The position numbers and the translations under genes were made by a program. The notes beneath the pieces were generated by a model. That model searched no databases. It was not told the DNA's origin and saw only the letters and a program-made list of their open reading frames with translations. Positions 13,276 through 25,690 of a stretch of 64,000 nucleotides of DNA are shown here, piece by piece. Where the stretch lies: contig OX597825.1 in NCBI GenBank assembly GCA_951406725.2, positions 74,710,001-74,774,000 of the forward strand. The letters run 5' to 3'. This DNA comes from Octopus vulgaris (taxonomy: Eukaryota). How positions within the stretch are numbered: the stretch's first letter is position 1; each line of letters starts with the position of its first letter.

Positions 13276-13660
13276 GGGTGAAAGCACTCCGTCAGTTACG
13301 ACGACGAGGGTTCCAGTTGATCCGAATCAACGGAACAGCCTCCTCGTGAAATTAACGTGTAAGTGGCTGAGCACTCCACAGACACGTGTACCCTTAACGT
13401 AGTTCTCGGGGATATTCAGCGTGACACAGAGAGTGACAAGGCCGGCCCTTTGAAATACAGGTACAACAGAAACAGGAAGTAAGAGTGAGAGAAAGTTGTG
13501 GTGAAAGAGTACAGCAGGGATCACCACCATCCCCTGTCGGAGCCTCGTGGAGCTTTAGGTGTTTTCGCTCAATAAACACTCACAACGCCCGGTCTGGGAA
13601 TCGAAACCACGATCCTATGACCGCGAGTCCGCTGCCCTAACCACTGGGCCATTGCGCCTC
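13276..13660 (-). mobile_element. SINE family B (tRNA-Arg-like head; probably an octopus OR-type SINE)
   Basis: gaggcgcaatggcccagtggttagggcagcggactcgcggtc...ggtttcgattcccag; TSD aa(t/c)ggatgatcagt at 13262-13275 and 13661-13674. Confidence 0.92.
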
Positions 13661-14037
13661 AACGGATGATCAGTAGTGTACATTTGAAGGTCGTAAGTGT
13701 ACATTGGATGGTCGTAAGTGTATATTGGATAGCCGTAAGCATACATCTTTATACCACGCATATGCAGCCTTCTTTGAGAAGTGAAATGTATGAGACGTGT
13801 TTCATCATCAAGTGGGCAACACTATTAAGAAAATTGAAGATTAATTTTTCGTTGGTAAGCCATTCAGAAAAATCCGCAGTACGCAGTTTGTCCGAGACTG
13901 ATTTACTATAACAGTGAATCCTGATATAATTTGAACCTCCCATATATTCGTCCACGTAATTTTCCTTGACCAATGAGAATCGGTCTAATTAGTGGGCTGT
14001 GGACATAGCTTCACTTACTATTTATTTCCTGAGAAGT

Positions 14038-14423
14038 GGAGGCGCAATGGCCCAGTGGTTAGGGCAGCGGACTCGCGGTTATAGGTTCGCGGTTTCGATT
14101 CCCAGACCGGGCATTGTGAGTGTTTATTGAGCGAAAACACCTAAAGCTCCACGAGGCTCCGGCAGGGGATGATGGTGATCCCTGCTGTACTCTTTCACCA
14201 CAACTTTCTCTCACTCTTACTTCCTGTTTCTGTTGTACCTGTATTTCAAAGGGCCGGCCTTGTCACTCTCTGTGTCACGCTGAATATCCCCGAGAACTAC
14301 GTTAAGGGTACACGTGTCTGTGGAGTGCTCAGTCACTTACACGTTAATTTCACGAGCAGGCTGTTCCGTTGATTCGGATCAACCGGAACCCTCGTCGTCG
14401 TAACCGACGGAGTGCTTCCATTA
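14038..14423 (+). mobile_element. SINE family B, full length
   Basis: Near-identical inverted copy of 13276-13660; TSD cctgagaagt at 14028-14037 and 14424-14433. Confidence 0.92.
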
Positions 14424-14648
14424 CCTGAGAAGTCGCGCGTTGAAGTTATGTGTGTTAAACTCCGAGTAACGATGAAGTGAATAGCTGAATGATTCCCAAT
14501 ATGCGTACACACATACACATACACACGCTCATACACATACAAACACACACAGAGAGGCATACACACATATAAACATAGAGTGAGAGTTAGACAAACGTAT
14601 GTATAATCATATACGCACAAATTATGTATGTATGCATATGTGTGCATT

Positions 14649-14713
14649 CACACATACATACATACATACATACATACATACATACATACATACATACATA
14701 CATACATACATAC

Positions 14714-14769
<56 letters not shown>
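14649..14769. repeat. (CATA)n-(GATA)n microsatellite
   Basis: Direct inspection. Confidence 0.95.
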
Positions 14770-15050
14770 TCAAGTCAGATCAAAATATCTGCTCTCGGTT
14801 GTCAGGTAACTTGGTACTGTCTATTTCAAAGACAGGCCGTTAGAAGGCGAATCTGCAATACCATTCGAGGGTTCGATCCCGGTGTGTCGAGGATGTTTGT
14901 TTACTGTTCATCAGAGCGGTGTACCCAGCGGGGAATCAACGACCATCCATCATCAGGCTTGCAAATTAAGTGGAGGGCCGATTAAGGCTTTTCTATGTAA
15001 TATTGTTGGTTCTCTTAATATCTTCTGGTGTTGGTTATCACTCTCAGTCG

Positions 15051-16376
15051 CATGAGGTACATTCCAGACTTGAGACGGTTTTAGAAGAGGCAGATACAAC
15101 TGTTCTAAATTATAGTAATTTTAGTATATCATTACTATACATCTAATAAGATTACCTGCCGACTCTTTTTTTTTTTCATTATTCCAGATTGAAGGAGGCG
15201 GTTGTAAAAGCTCTTTGAACAAATCCTACTAAACATTTCTTATCACAGCTGACCAGTTTGCGGAATGCAGTCGAGACATGAAGACCATTTGGAAGCGTGC
15301 TTTGCAATGAAGTTTTGTCTTCAGCTCTGAAAAAAACACTACGGAAACTTATAAACGCTCCACATTGCTTATGGCTTCACTTGCCTGAACCGAGCATTTG
15401 TTTTTGGCCGGTACAAGAAGTTCAAGGATGGTAAAAAGAAGATGAAAAACGAGAGAGTTGCTGGAGAGAGAAGGGCGTCAGAACGTCAGAGCTAGTCGAG
15501 AAAATTCGCAATTTTCTGCGTAAAGACTGTCGTTCGTTTATAAAAACAATAAGCATACACTTCGGAGTTGATGTGGCAACTGTACACAAAATTATTCATG
15601 AAGACTGAACATGCGTAAAATTTGTGTAAAGTTTGTTCCCAGAATGCTCAGCGACGAACGGAAAGAAAGACGCGTTAGAGATGGTTGAGTTTATTTCCTT
15701 TTGTCCAAGTGTACATGAGTCTCTGATGACTTGAGACAAAATCTAGATCAACGGTTATAATCCAGAGACCAAGAGGCAGAGTGCCCAGTAGAAGTATCCT
15801 GGTTCCGCCAGACCCAAAAAGGCTAAGCAAAGTAAGGCCACGATGATCTCCTTTTTCGTCAGAAAGGGCATCGTTTATATCCACTAGATTCCTTCTGGCC
15901 GGATGTTCAACAATAAGTACTTTGTGGTGTGGTTTGGGGGAGTTCAGGAAGATATTTCGTCGCAAAAGCCACAGCTTTTCCGCTCGGGTCGGTGGCACCT
16001 GCACCAAGACAATGCACCAGTCCCTAATTCCATCCTGGTGACCAACACCTTGACTGAGATGGACATCAAAACTGTCCCTCACCCTCCCTGCAGACAGAGC
16101 TTGCTTCTTGTGACTTTTGGTCGTTCTCAAAGCTGAAGAACCTCAGGCGCATTCGTTTTGAAGAAATTGAAAAGATGAAGGAGGTTGTGATGAGGGCCCT
16201 AGACACCTTGACTTTGAAGGACTTCCATGGGGCCTTCACGAAATAGCAGGAACGCTACAACAAGTGAACTGAAGTTAAAGGTTCCTACTTTGAAGGATAT
16301 TATAGTTTTGTACTTCTTTGAAATTAATAAATGTATCCCCTAAAAAAGTCTCAAAACTTCTGAAATGCACCTTGTA
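15051..16376 (+). mobile_element. Full-length decayed mariner transposon (transposase pseudogene)
   Basis: Imperfect TIRs (gaggtacattccagacttgagac / gtctcaaaacttctgaaatgcacctt); fragments KFVPRMLSDERKERR, YNPETKRQSAQ, WHLHQDNAPV, VPHPPC with stops and frameshifts. Confidence 0.9.
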
Positions 16377-16510
16377 TTGGCCTTACCTTTGTTCTTAACC
16401 ATGAACGCCATATCGCGAGAAACCATTTAGTAACTGTGAGGAGAGGGCAACTCAAGACAGTTTATATCACCCCAGGTTTTACGTTTTATAAAATTCGGTA
16501 TTTATAATCT

Positions 16511-16895
16511 ACTAGCAGTATCGCCCGGCGTTGCTCAGGTTTGTAAGGGAAATAACTATAAAGCATTTTTAGAGAGTTATAGCCAAAAAATAGCAAAAAA
16601 TGGAAAAAAAATGATGGTAAATTTTTTTTGAGAGTTAAAAAAGGTCGAGTTACGTCCCCTAGACAGTCTGTGGTTTGGGTTTCTGATTCTCGACCCCATG
16701 TCGAATTTATCGATTCTTTTCAGAACTGGGGGAACTTTTCAAAATTTTCGCTGCGTTAGTTTTGAATTATGACATTGGGCTATGTGTGTGTCAAGTTTCA
16801 TCAGAATCGGTTGAAAGCCGTGGTCAGGGTGAGGGTACAACCAAACAGACACACAGAAACACACACAGACAAACTGCCGTTTATATAGAGAGAGA
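16511..16895 (+). mobile_element. Non-autonomous Helentron/HINE-like element, copy 1
   Basis: 5' actagcagtatcgcccggcgttgctc with a short hairpin; 3' (CA/GACA)-rich tract then ...tttatatagagagagat; same termini at 39315 and 44275. Confidence 0.7.
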
Positions 16896-17199
16896 TTCTT
16901 TCTTTCTCTCTTACGTTTTGAATTTCTCTCAATATTATTCGTCCTTGAACTTGAACAGTGTGTATGTGTGTGCATGTAATTATAATTCGTTTTTGAACGT
17001 TATAAATTTAAATATACCTCAGTCCTTCTACAACTAATACATACAAAATGCATCGGGAGTCCTTTTTCAAGCGATAATCTCTACTAGAGTACACAATAAA
17101 CAGGGGTTTTATTACTATATCGTGGCTCCTTCTACCGTACGACCGATGTGAGTTCTGCAATTTCTTGCTGAAACAATTCGCACAGACGGTTTGTTTAAA

Positions 17200-17410
17200 G
17201 TAATCAAATGCTTCTGCTGCACATGGGCTCACAGCCTCCATTAAATTGACACCTGCCTGTGCACCTACATGGTGTCTCAAACACCAAATGTCGAAGTGAT
17301 TCTAGAGCAACGTGAGATAAAATGTTTTGCTCCAAAACAATACACTGTCGTGTACGGGAATGGAAACCACGATCCAGCAAACGTGAGTGCAACACATTCA
17401 CCACTGGTCT
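17200..17410 (-). mobile_element. Degenerate CORE-type SINE (family C-related)
   Basis: gagcaacgtgagataaaatgttttgctc...gggaatggaaaccacgatc resembles the C/B head and core region. Confidence 0.55.
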
Positions 17411-17422
17411 ACGCAACCTCAG

Positions 17423-17541
17423 TGGAGGCGTGTCTGTGGAGTGCTCAGCCACTTACACGTTAATTTCACGAGTAGGCTGTTCCGTTGATTCGGATCAACC
17501 GGAACCCTCGTCGTCGTAACCGACGGAGTGCTTTCATCATC
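17423..17541 (+). mobile_element. Internally deleted mini copy of SINE family B
   Basis: First 8 nt of B (tggaggcg) fused to the last ~110 nt; 12-bp TSD acgcaacctcag at 17411-17422 and 17542-17553. Confidence 0.85.
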
Positions 17542-18131
17542 ACGCAACCTCAGGATACCAATGTAGATTGATATAATAAGTAGACTAACTGAATAAAAAC
17601 ATTTCGATGATATAAATGTGTTTCTGCAATCTTGCTGTCTTAAATAAAAGAAAATCCGAATACAACCGGATTATATATACACTCACGATAATAAGTCTGC
17701 ATAAATATTAAAAGTCTTAATTCCACGAAGTTTCACTATTATTTTCATGTACGTAACTTTACTGACGCGACTTTATATATATATATATAATCTAGATGAA
17801 TTCAGATTTTTTTTTTCGTCCTGCACATCTGTGAAGACTATACATTAGCACAAACTAATATTTCTCACTACGATACATATTCAATATATGTTTCGAAGTG
17901 TTTTTTCTTGTATCAAGTTATCATAGTTATATTAAGTTACATAGTAGTAAACCTAAATTATTGTCTACTCTCTTAGATTGCTTGTTTGAGTATGAATTTC
18001 AGAATATATTTTGAGAAATGTTTCCATCAATCACTCTAAATGTAATTATTTATTGTTCTTTTTCGTTTATTGACGCACTGTATAGCAGCACATCTACACA
18101 CGTATCATAACTTTCAAGTCTAGGACGTTCC

Positions 18132-18169
<38 letters not shown>

Positions 18170-18173
<4 letters not shown>

Positions 18174-18545
18174 TTTTATTCTTTTATTTGGTTCAATCAT
18201 TTGACTGCGGTCATGCTGGAGCACCACCCTTAGTCGAGCAAGTCGACCCCAGGACTTATTCTTTGTAAGCCTAGTACTTATTCTATCGGTCTCTCTTGCA
18301 GAACCGCTAGGTGACGGGGACGTAAACACACCAACATCGGTTGTTGGTGGAGTCAAACAGAGACACACAAATATATATATATACGACGGGCTTCTTTCAG
18401 TTTCCGTCTACCAAATCCACTCACAAGGCTTTGGTCGGCCCGAGGCTATAGAAGAAGACACTTGCCCAAGGTGCCACGCAGTGGGACTGAACCCAGAACC
18501 ATGCGGTTGATAACCAAGCTACTTGCCACACAGCCACTCCTCCGC
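18170..18545 (-). mobile_element. SINE family D
   Basis: Homologous to 11198-11571. Confidence 0.9.
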
Positions 18546-18557
18546 CCACACACACAC

Positions 18558-18671
<114 letters not shown>

Positions 18672-18796
18672 ATAGATATATATATATATATAATCGGCAA
18701 GAATTCAGATTCTTATTATTTTTCTGGCTGATAACTCTTTAGGTGACACTTCCTCGAAAACTACATGTTTGCAGAAAGTCAATTGTGTCCCTACAG

Positions 18797-18879
<83 letters not shown>

Positions 18880-18883
<4 letters not shown>

Positions 18884-19072
18884 GGGTGGAATTCACAAAA
18901 AAACAACAGACGAAGAAGGTGGTGTAGACAACAAACAGATGTATTAGTTTAACGCTCGGAAGTGAAAAAGTCTTTAATGTTTCGAGCCTACGCTCTTCCA
19001 CAGAGAGGAACACAGAAAGAAACAGGGAGAGAAAATAGAGAATGTGTAGTGGTTAGCGATCTATCATGGCGA
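18880..19072 (-). mobile_element. Penelope-like terminal-repeat fragment carrying a variant hammerhead motif, copy 1
   Basis: Homologous to 31255-31438; minus strand CTGTGGA-a-gagc-gtag-gctc-GAAAC at ~18972-19007; abuts (TA)n. Confidence 0.65.
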
Positions 19073-19785
19073 ATATATATGTATATATATTCTTTTTTGC
19101 TTATTTGTGTCTCTTTTTAAACGTTTCAGTCTTTGGACTTCGACCATAATGGTGCACCTCTTTCAAAGATTTAGTCTATCCACTGGTTAATTCTATGCTA
19201 AATCGCTGCATTACGCGACATAAAGTGATATACCATAAATAATTTGGGCTTTTGGACATAAACGAAAATGTAGACACAGGCTCTCAAATTATACAAATAC
19301 ATGTGTATGAAACATACATACATACATATAAAAATGCTTGTGTGTGTGGTGCGGTGGCTTTCTACATTGTTTTCGCCTGTCAAATTCTAATCACAACGTA
19401 TATTATAAGCAAACTTTAGCTTTCAACACTACGCTTTAGTATATTTTTATTTATATCTATTCTTAATTCCCTTCGAGTTATTTTCTTTCGTTCGCAAACT
19501 TATCTATCTCGTTCTGGAGGAAACGTTGCTTTGGTTTTACTATTTAGAAACACTTATACGATATATATTCCTTAAGACATATTTATTACATTATATGAAA
19601 TAATATTATATCATAGAAAACAGACATAATTTTAGAATGTAACCAATATATGACATATACCAATAAAGTATAGATACCGAATAATTTTTCACAAAATGGT
19701 TGCTTTACTTGGAGTTTTCTATATATGAGATCATTCGACTTAAGTAGCATTAATGTTGAATTCTCACTGCAAGCTTGTATATAGT

Positions 19786-20092
19786 TGTTGTTTGTTCCTT
19801 CTCGAGCCATGCCTGGCTCATAAGGGCCGGTTTCCCGGTTTCTTGGCGTATAGGTTCCCCACCTGGACGGGACGCCGGTCCGTCGCAGGTTAGCTGCAAG
19901 ATGCAGGAGGAAAGAGTGCGAGAAAATTGTGGCGAAAGAGTCAGCAGAAGTTTCGCCATTACCTTCTGCCGGAGCCGCGTGGAGCTTAGGTGTTTCGCTC
20001 GTAAACACACACCTCGCCCGGGCTGAGATTCGAACTCGCGATACTTCGACCGTGAGTCCGCTGCTCTAACCACTAGGCCATGTGCCTCTACA
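19786..20092 (-). mobile_element. SINE family E (B-related head and body, different 3' tail)
   Basis: gaggcacatggcctagtggttagagcagcggactcacggtc...gagttcgaatctc; 16-bp TSD caagcttgtatatagt at 19770-19785 and 20093-20108. Confidence 0.9.
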
Positions 20093-21099
20093 CAAGCTTG
20101 TATATAGTGATTCACTTCGAATCCATAGGAAAACAAAATATGTATGTTTTTGGAATTTCTTTATGAAGACTGACTCATCAATGCTCTAAAAATTTCTTGT
20201 GTGCTTACAAAGTGGAATGCCAGAGTTTGCCACAGTTAAAATAGGACGATGAATAAGTTAATGCTATTTTTGTTTGTGTTCAGAATATTTTCTCTATCTG
20301 GACTTAGTATTTCAGAAACCTCGTTTAGAAAATAGACTTCGTTATGTAAATAGATTATATCAGGTAAGATCGCTCTTGCCACTAATCTGAAGATGTATAT
20401 ATAAATTATAAAAAAAAAAATTCTCGTTTACGGAAATATATTTCCTGTAATCTAGCTAACAAAAAAGTTCTAAGTCGGTGAGAGTCAGGAAACCCACAAC
20501 CGTGACACTACATATGGATTTTGCGGCCCTGCTGTATCTTGATCTGAGTAAAGTCAAGATTTTTGCATAAATAACGTATATTCATTGATCATATAGTTTT
20601 ATGTTTCTGCAAAAGTTCTTTCATTTCTAAGTCACTAAAAATATCAACTTTCATTTTTATTTCTTACCTCAACATTTACAATTGCATTTCCATAATGCAT
20701 GTAATTACATTTTCTCGTATACGTAATACTATAAATTCCTTTGATACTGTTTATTAGTTTACATTTAATACATTACGCCCTTCAATCGTAAAAAAGATTT
20801 CTTGCTTTGCTCGTAAGCGGTCGTCGTTCGACTTTTTGATAATCACTCCTAAATTTCCAATAGTCTTACACAAGAAATATATGCTGGTTAATGTAGTTCT
20901 AGTTATTCAAGACAAAAATAGCACAAAGCTAAAAAATGCCGGCATTTTTTCCCTATTCTCTCACTTTTCTATATTTGCCAATCTTTATGTAATGCTATTG
21001 TGTTTTTTTATATTTTTCATGTAAACCATTTCAACACAATCTCACACGCACACACACGCTCACATACGTACATGCACACATGCACAAACACACACATGT

Positions 21100-21687
21100 A
21101 TATACATACATACAAACATACATACATACATACATACATACATACATACATACATACATACATACATACACACACACATACATACATACATACATACATA
21201 CATACATACATACATACATACATACATACATACATACATACATACATACATACATACATACATACATACGTACGTACATACATACATACGTACGTACATA
21301 CATACATACATACATACATACATAAATACATACATACATACATACATGCATACATACATACATACATAAATACATACATACATACATGCATACATACATA
21401 CATGCATACATACATACATACATACATACATACATACATACATACATACATACATACATACATACATACATACATACATAAATACATACATACATACATA
21501 CATACATACATACATGCATACATACATACATACATACATACATACATACATACATACATACATACATACATACATACATACATACATACATACATACATA
21601 CATACATAAATACATACATACATACATACATACATACATACATACATACATACATACATACATACATACATACATACATACATACAT
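21100..21687. repeat. Long (CATA)n microsatellite, about 590 bp
   Basis: Direct inspection. Confidence 0.97.
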
Positions 21688-22044
21688 GTTAAATCGGGCC
21701 GTGCGCCATCATACTCAGGCTGAGATTTTTTTATGCTCAATACGATTTTGATCGAATTCTGTTCTTCTTTCATGCTTTGATTTCCTCTTTGATGAACAAT
21801 CCTATACACGAGGTTTAGCCATCTATTTTCCAAATTCTTGACGCAGTCCTTATACCTTAATTTCGGTTTGTGTGTTGCCATTTTATCCTAGACTAACACA
21901 CTGCACAGAAATTGCCCACAAAAGAAAAAAATAGAGAGGGAGCGAGAGTAATAGACAAAGAGAAAAAAATCAACAAAATGAGATAATCCCACAATAAAGA
22001 ATACTAGTCTCACACTTGCAGAAGCGGGATGAGTTAATTATATT

Positions 22045-22250
<206 letters not shown>

Positions 22251-22252
22251 TA

Positions 22253-22458
22253 TTTCTCTACTACTCACAATGAGCTAAACACAGAGGGGACAAACAAGGA
22301 CAGATATCGACCACAGTGCGTAACTGGTGCTTAATTTATCGACCCCGAAAGGATGAAAGGCGAAGTCGACCTCGGCGGAATTTGAACTCAGAACGTAACG
22401 GCAGACGAAATACGGCTACGCATTTCGCCCAGCGTGCTAACGTTTCTGCCAGCTCGCC
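22253..22458 (-). mobile_element. SINE family A
   Basis: Homologous to 449-680 with a small internal deletion. Confidence 0.9.
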
Positions 22459-22463
22459 TATAT

Positions 22464-22892
22464 ATGGTATTTTTATGTAAGCTTAAAGCTTATGGCGATC
22501 ACCGTGCAATGACTACGGAAAATAGTCTAATAAAAGGGGCGCCGTATAAAACCATTCGCACCGAAAGCATATAGAAAGTTTGTTTACATAAAAACTAACA
22601 CAAACTATTATAGTTCTTAAATTTGACAGAAATAGGGAGGCTGATTCACCAGTGTAAAAGTAACACACTTAGTCACGTTAACAAAAGGATGTGGGTTTGA
22701 CTGCCACGCGGACAGGAAAGCCGTCTTTTTTTCTGTCGAGGGCTTATATACTCCTTTATTAGACTATTTCCCTTAGTCATTGCACGGTGATCACCATAAG
22801 CTTTAAGCTTATATAAAAAAATACCATTATTATTATTTACAGGATTGTAAAAACAGCACAGTATAAAAAACCATTCGCACCGAAAGCATATA
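22464..22892. mobile_element. Inverted-plus-direct repeat element (Penelope-like terminal architecture)
   Basis: ~75-bp inverted repeat (22465-22540 / 22750-22826) and ~29-bp direct repeat gtataaaa(a)accattcgcaccgaaagcatata (22544-22572 / 22861-22892). Confidence 0.65.
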
Positions 22893-22910
22893 TATATATA
22901 TATATATATA

Positions 22911-23038
22911 CAGGGTGTCCCAAAAAAATGTATACACACCTTAAATAATTGTAAATTTGTTATTCTTTGTAAGCTTAGTACTTATTCTATCGTTCTCTTT
23001 TGCCGAACCACTATGTGTATACATTTTTTGGGGACACC

Positions 23039-23041
<3 letters not shown>
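22911..23041. mobile_element. Tc1/mariner-type MITE
   Basis: TIRs cagggtgtcccaaaaaaatgtatacaca / tgtgtatacattttttggggacaccctg, inserted in (TA)n. Confidence 0.85.
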
Positions 23042-23107
<66 letters not shown>

Positions 23108-23259
23108 CTAATTTTATTTGTTAGGGAATAAAAATTCCGGCATAACAGGGGTTTAAATTATTCTCAATGGGGAAATTATATCTTCATTTAGAGATAGTAG
23201 GCCCCTTCATCTCACCATATAAAAGAATTTTTATTTAAATACTTACTACTTTATAACTT

Positions 23260-23354
23260 GGCTACACGTGTTTCATGAGGTACATTTCCCGGTTCCTTAA
23301 CCACGCCGTGTTTTGCTGGAACCATTCATAAAAGACAACCCCAATCATCAGGCC
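23260..23354 (-). ncRNA. Type I hammerhead ribozyme motif with long stem II
   Basis: Minus strand ggc-CTGATGA-[ttggggt...ggttcc...ggaacc...acctcat]-GAAA-cacgtg-TA-gcc: intact core, palindromic stem III, GUA cleavage triplet, 3-bp stem I. Confidence 0.75.
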
Positions 23355-23454
23355 CCTATATTACTTGCTCATAGTTTGATGCTATAAACTATATTTTTTG
23401 ATACTATAATCTATATTTTTTAAACAAATAAATATGTGTAAACTAGGCATATAT

Positions 23455-23592
23455 AAACGGGCTTCTTTCAGTTTCCGTCTACTAAATCCATTTACAAGGC
23501 TTTGGTCGGCCCGAGGTTATAGTAGAAGGCACTTTCCTAAGTTGTCACTTAGTGGGACTGAACCCGGAATCATGTGGTTGGGAAACAAGATT
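23455..23592 (-). mobile_element. SINE family D head half
   Basis: Homology to the D head. Confidence 0.8.
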
Positions 23593-23739
23593 CATACCCC
23601 ACTGGATATAAGACTATAACTAGAATCTGTTGTACACAATACATTAGCATGCATATACGTCAGTATATATTTATCGATATATCTCTATCTTTGGTACTCG
23701 AATGATATTTTTTTCCACCTTGTTTTGCACCAATGTGCT

Positions 23740-23798
<59 letters not shown>

Positions 23799-24643
23799 TG
23801 AAAGGCAATTACAGTTAATCAAATGATTGTTCTTGTAGTGTTCAATACTGCATCATTGGCTAGAATATTCATTAAACAAGTGCTGTTGAATTCCTGTACT
23901 GAATGTCTAATGTTTTGTCTATCAAATAAATTATCCAGAGAAGTAGATGAAATTGTAATTCATAGCCAAAAAGGATAAGAAACCGCAAGTATTCAAATCG
24001 GATACAGCTTAGAACAGATTACATCAATTTCAATGCTTTCTAAAGTTCTATTTAGCTGGAAGTTATTAATCGCGTTATACCACCAACCAAATACGTGTAG
24101 AGGAATACTGATGATAAATCGTGACTTGTATGCCAATTTTGTTGTTGTACATGTTGAATTTTTAAACTAGTGACTATCTGGGGTGTTTTTTTTCTTGTTT
24201 TAAACCACTTCATATTTCCAAGTAGTGAAAAATACACAAACGGAGCTTTTACAGAAACACTATTACTTACTCGATCTATTAACAAACACAGGATCTCCCG
24301 GCTAATCTGGCCGGGTTCCATATCCATCAATGTACGATAACTAACTATATACACACACACACACACATATAAACTAACCCACACACAAGACACAAAAGTC
24401 TAATACGGTTGTAAATCTTGTATGTATATGTACGTGTTTGTGTGTGTGAGTGTGTGTCTGCTAGTCTCTGTGTGTACAAATATATATAAATATATATATA
24501 TATATATCGTAAATTTCTTTCCCGGCATGCCCTATATCGCCGGGTATATTTCGCGTCTGCGCAGAGATTTGAAAAGTTAAGATCTGCTAGTTGTTGAGAT
24601 CAACACATGGTCTAACGCGCTGCGTATCTCGATACAATTTAGG

Positions 24644-24725
24644 CGTCTCGCTGATGAAACCAGCCTTAGCAAACATATTCTGTGTTTTGCTAGAAAGAGG
24701 TAGAAACTGATATCAGTCCGAGATG
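24644..24725 (+). ncRNA. Type I hammerhead ribozyme motif
   Basis: cgtctcg-CTGATGA-[aacc..tagcaaac..gttttgcta..ggta]-GAAA-ctgatatcag-TC-cgagatg; 7-bp stem I with one G-U, palindromic stem III, GUC site (cleavage predicted after 24718). Confidence 0.8.
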
Positions 24726-24817
24726 TAAAGTTATTGGTAAATGTTTTTGATTTTCACTCTCGATAAATTTATCTCCTTTTTGTGTTCCCAGCACTTGGCA
24801 TCCTTATTTAGGAGCCC

Positions 24818-24848
<31 letters not shown>

Positions 24849-24916
24849 AATATATATATTTTTTGATTTTTTTTATTTTGATTTTTCCATTTCATATGGG
24901 TGTGATGCTGGGCACC

Positions 24917-24967
<51 letters not shown>

Positions 24968-25152
24968 CCACCAATCATTCCCATCAATCGCTCCGGTTTC
25001 GACTCCTAGCCGACGCAGGTCTTCATTTTTATAGTTCCAACCATGGCTGTATGGTGGGGAGTGTCTTCTACAGTCTAGAGTTCCAGGCCGACCAAAGCTT
25101 TATGAGTGGATTTGGTGAACGGAAACGGAAAGAAACCCGTTGTGTATATATA

Positions 25153-25690
25153 CAGGGGTTGGACAAAATAATGGAAACACCTAGCATCATAGCATCATAA
25201 TTTTGAAATAGCTATAAAACCGTCAAAAGCTTGTTTATTTTTATGTTTTTTTTTTTTATTTATTGTAAGTGTTACTTAATATGTTTTGCTAAAATTGCTT
25301 TTTCTTTTCAAATATCATCTAAAAAAAGTTAATCAAAATTCATTAGAATGACAGATCTATTAGACTTTCAAAGAGGCCAAATTGTTGGTGCTCGTATGGC
25401 AGGCGCTAACGTAACGAAAGCAGCCGAAATGTTTGGTGTATTAATAAGTACTGTCTCGAAAGTAATGACAGCCTTTGAGAAAGAGGGAAAAGCCTCCTCG
25501 TCGAAACAAAACTTCGGAAGAAAACCAAAACTTTCCGATAGAGACCGTCGTACTCTTACTCGAATTGTTAGAAAGGATCACAAAAGTACAGCTCCCAAAA
25601 TTACTGCTGAGCTTAATGAACACCTCGAGAACCCAGTTTCCACAAAACCGGATTTCATGGGAGGGCTGCAATCAGAAAACCACTACTTTC
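25153..25690 (+). mobile_element. Tc1-family transposon 5' part (left TIR plus N-terminal HTH domain of the transposase, truncated)
   Basis: TA|caggggttggacaaaataatggaaacac TIR; ORF 25348 MTDLLDFQRGQIVGARMAG...GRKPKLSDRDRRTLTRIVRKD...VST typical of the Tc1 paired-like DNA-binding domain. Confidence 0.9.

Noticed and set aside
14038-14110. tRNA gene-like sequences at SINE heads
   Set aside because: They continue into SINE bodies with TSDs and lack a proper acceptor stem and terminator
14908-14956. Two minus-strand CTGATGA motifs
   Set aside because: No downstream GAAA or stems; not hammerheads
21000-21881. Several 200+ aa ORFs (HTYI/MYVC repeats)
   Set aside because: Translations of the (CATA)n microsatellite
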